In this document: positions 6,764-7,421 of the stretch, piece by piece
Numbering within the stretch: the stretch's first letter is position 1
Layout of the letters: every line of letters begins with the position of its first letter
IMG/VR virus record: IMGVR_UViG_3300017469_000123
Location: 1 to 7,421 of that record
Length of the DNA: 7,421 bases
Strand: one strand, 5' to 3'
Translations under genes and position numbers: made by a program
The notes under the pieces: model-generated
What the model saw: only the letters and a program-made list of their open reading frames with translations
What the model was told of the DNA's origin: nothing
Database searches by the model: none

Positions 6764-6804
6764 AAACAGATGTTTAAGAAAGATTTATATTTCCTGATCA
6801 GGAA
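6764..6804. promoter_or_regulatory. Possibly bidirectional TATA (ATTTATAT, 6783-6790) flanked by two different palindromes: AAACAGATGTTT (6764-6775) and TTCCTGATCAGGAA (6791-6804)
   Basis: Read directly; on the + strand a purine-rich BRE-like AAGAAAGA precedes TTTATAT. Confidence 0.7.
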
Positions 6805-6823
6805 TTTTGTAATTAGGGTAAAA

Positions 6824-7421
6824 ATGGAACCAGGAGAAATAGCTGGGATCGTAATAGATAGAGTAGTAGATTATTGCCGAAATAACTCCGGAGACACTAC
6901 ACTTCAATGTATGGAATACCATAGTCCAGACCAGTTAGACGTGTTCATAGACGGATATCTTACAGAGGAAGAGGATAATGAACTTGAAAAAGAGATAGAA
7001 AATTCAGACAGCTTCTGGGATGAGCTAAGAAAGCAGTACGACAAGTTGTGGGGTCAAGAGATTGGTGCAATACTCGGTAATTCCCTAGCCGATACATTGT
7101 CATTGTTATATGAAAATATAATACAAAATGATGAGCTTGATGATGCAAGGAAAGCTAGACGCCTAAAAGCTTATGCCGAGGTATTAGATGGGTTCGGTGA
7201 TGCGATTAAGCGTGCATTACAAGAGAGGAAGCCACTAAGTGAGAGAGATTTGGATTACTGGTACACAAAGTTAGGTGATTCTGCATTCGGAGTCAAAAAC
7301 TATAACTATTACGAGGAAATTGGCTATGATCTTGGCTATTATGATACGTTAGACGACAATGACAAATTAGAGGTATTAAGCATTTTGCTAGATGAGGTAG
7401 GTAATGTGTTGTACGACATAG
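6824..7421 (+). CDS. Highly acidic helical hypothetical protein (3' end outside window)
   Basis: 199 open codons from ATG 6824: MEPGEIAGIVIDRVVDYCRNNSGDTTLQCMEYHSPDQLDVFIDGYLTEEEDNELEKEIENSDSFWDELRKQY...LLDEVGNVLYDI; 47 D/E versus 19 K/R by manual count. Confidence 0.9.
   Translation, partial: MEPGEIAGIVIDRVVDYCRNNSGDTTLQCMEYHSPDQLDVFIDGYLTEEEDNELEKEIENSDSFWDELRKQYDKLWGQEIGAILGNSLADTLSLLYENIIQNDELDDARKARRLKAYAEVLDGFGDAIKRALQERKPLSERDLDYWYTKLGDSAFGVKNYNYYEEIGYDLGYYDTLDDNDKLEVLSILLDEVGNVLYDI

Noticed and set aside
1739-6775. Repeated 12-14-bp palindromes as a CRISPR array or iterons
   Set aside because: Too short, irregularly spaced by kilobases and tied to promoters.
6960-7148. 62-aa minus-strand ORF
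   Set aside because: Antisense to the long acidic + strand ORF.

Overview
AT-rich, gene-dense segment that reads as the virion-structural module of a large spindle-shaped virus of Sulfolobales (Bicaudaviridae, SMV/ATV/STSV-like). The family call rests on recalled motifs, not a database search. Seven minus-strand genes lie in tandem: a hydrophobic-hairpin major capsid protein (6115-6588), a 2-TM membrane protein (5201-6037), a 751-aa unknown, an ATV p131-like four-helix-bundle virion protein, two small 2-TM proteins, and a Gln-rich TPR-like giant ORF (start 1724, runs off the left edge, absent from the ORF track). A very acidic ORF diverges on the + strand from 6824 and is also absent from the track. 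Non-coding highlights: (i) the palindrome AAACAnnTGTTT lies beside the TATA box at five promoter regions, suggesting a single-regulator structural-gene regulon; (ii) an ATG-GGT-TTT-TTT slippery site at 2420-2431 that needs a -1 shift to give a full-length small membrane protein; (iii) a ~51-bp single-hairpin IS200/IS605 mini-element inserted after TTTAA; (iv) a relic resembling a tnpB 3' tail/omegaRNA, embedded in a 44-codon ORF upstream of the capsid gene.
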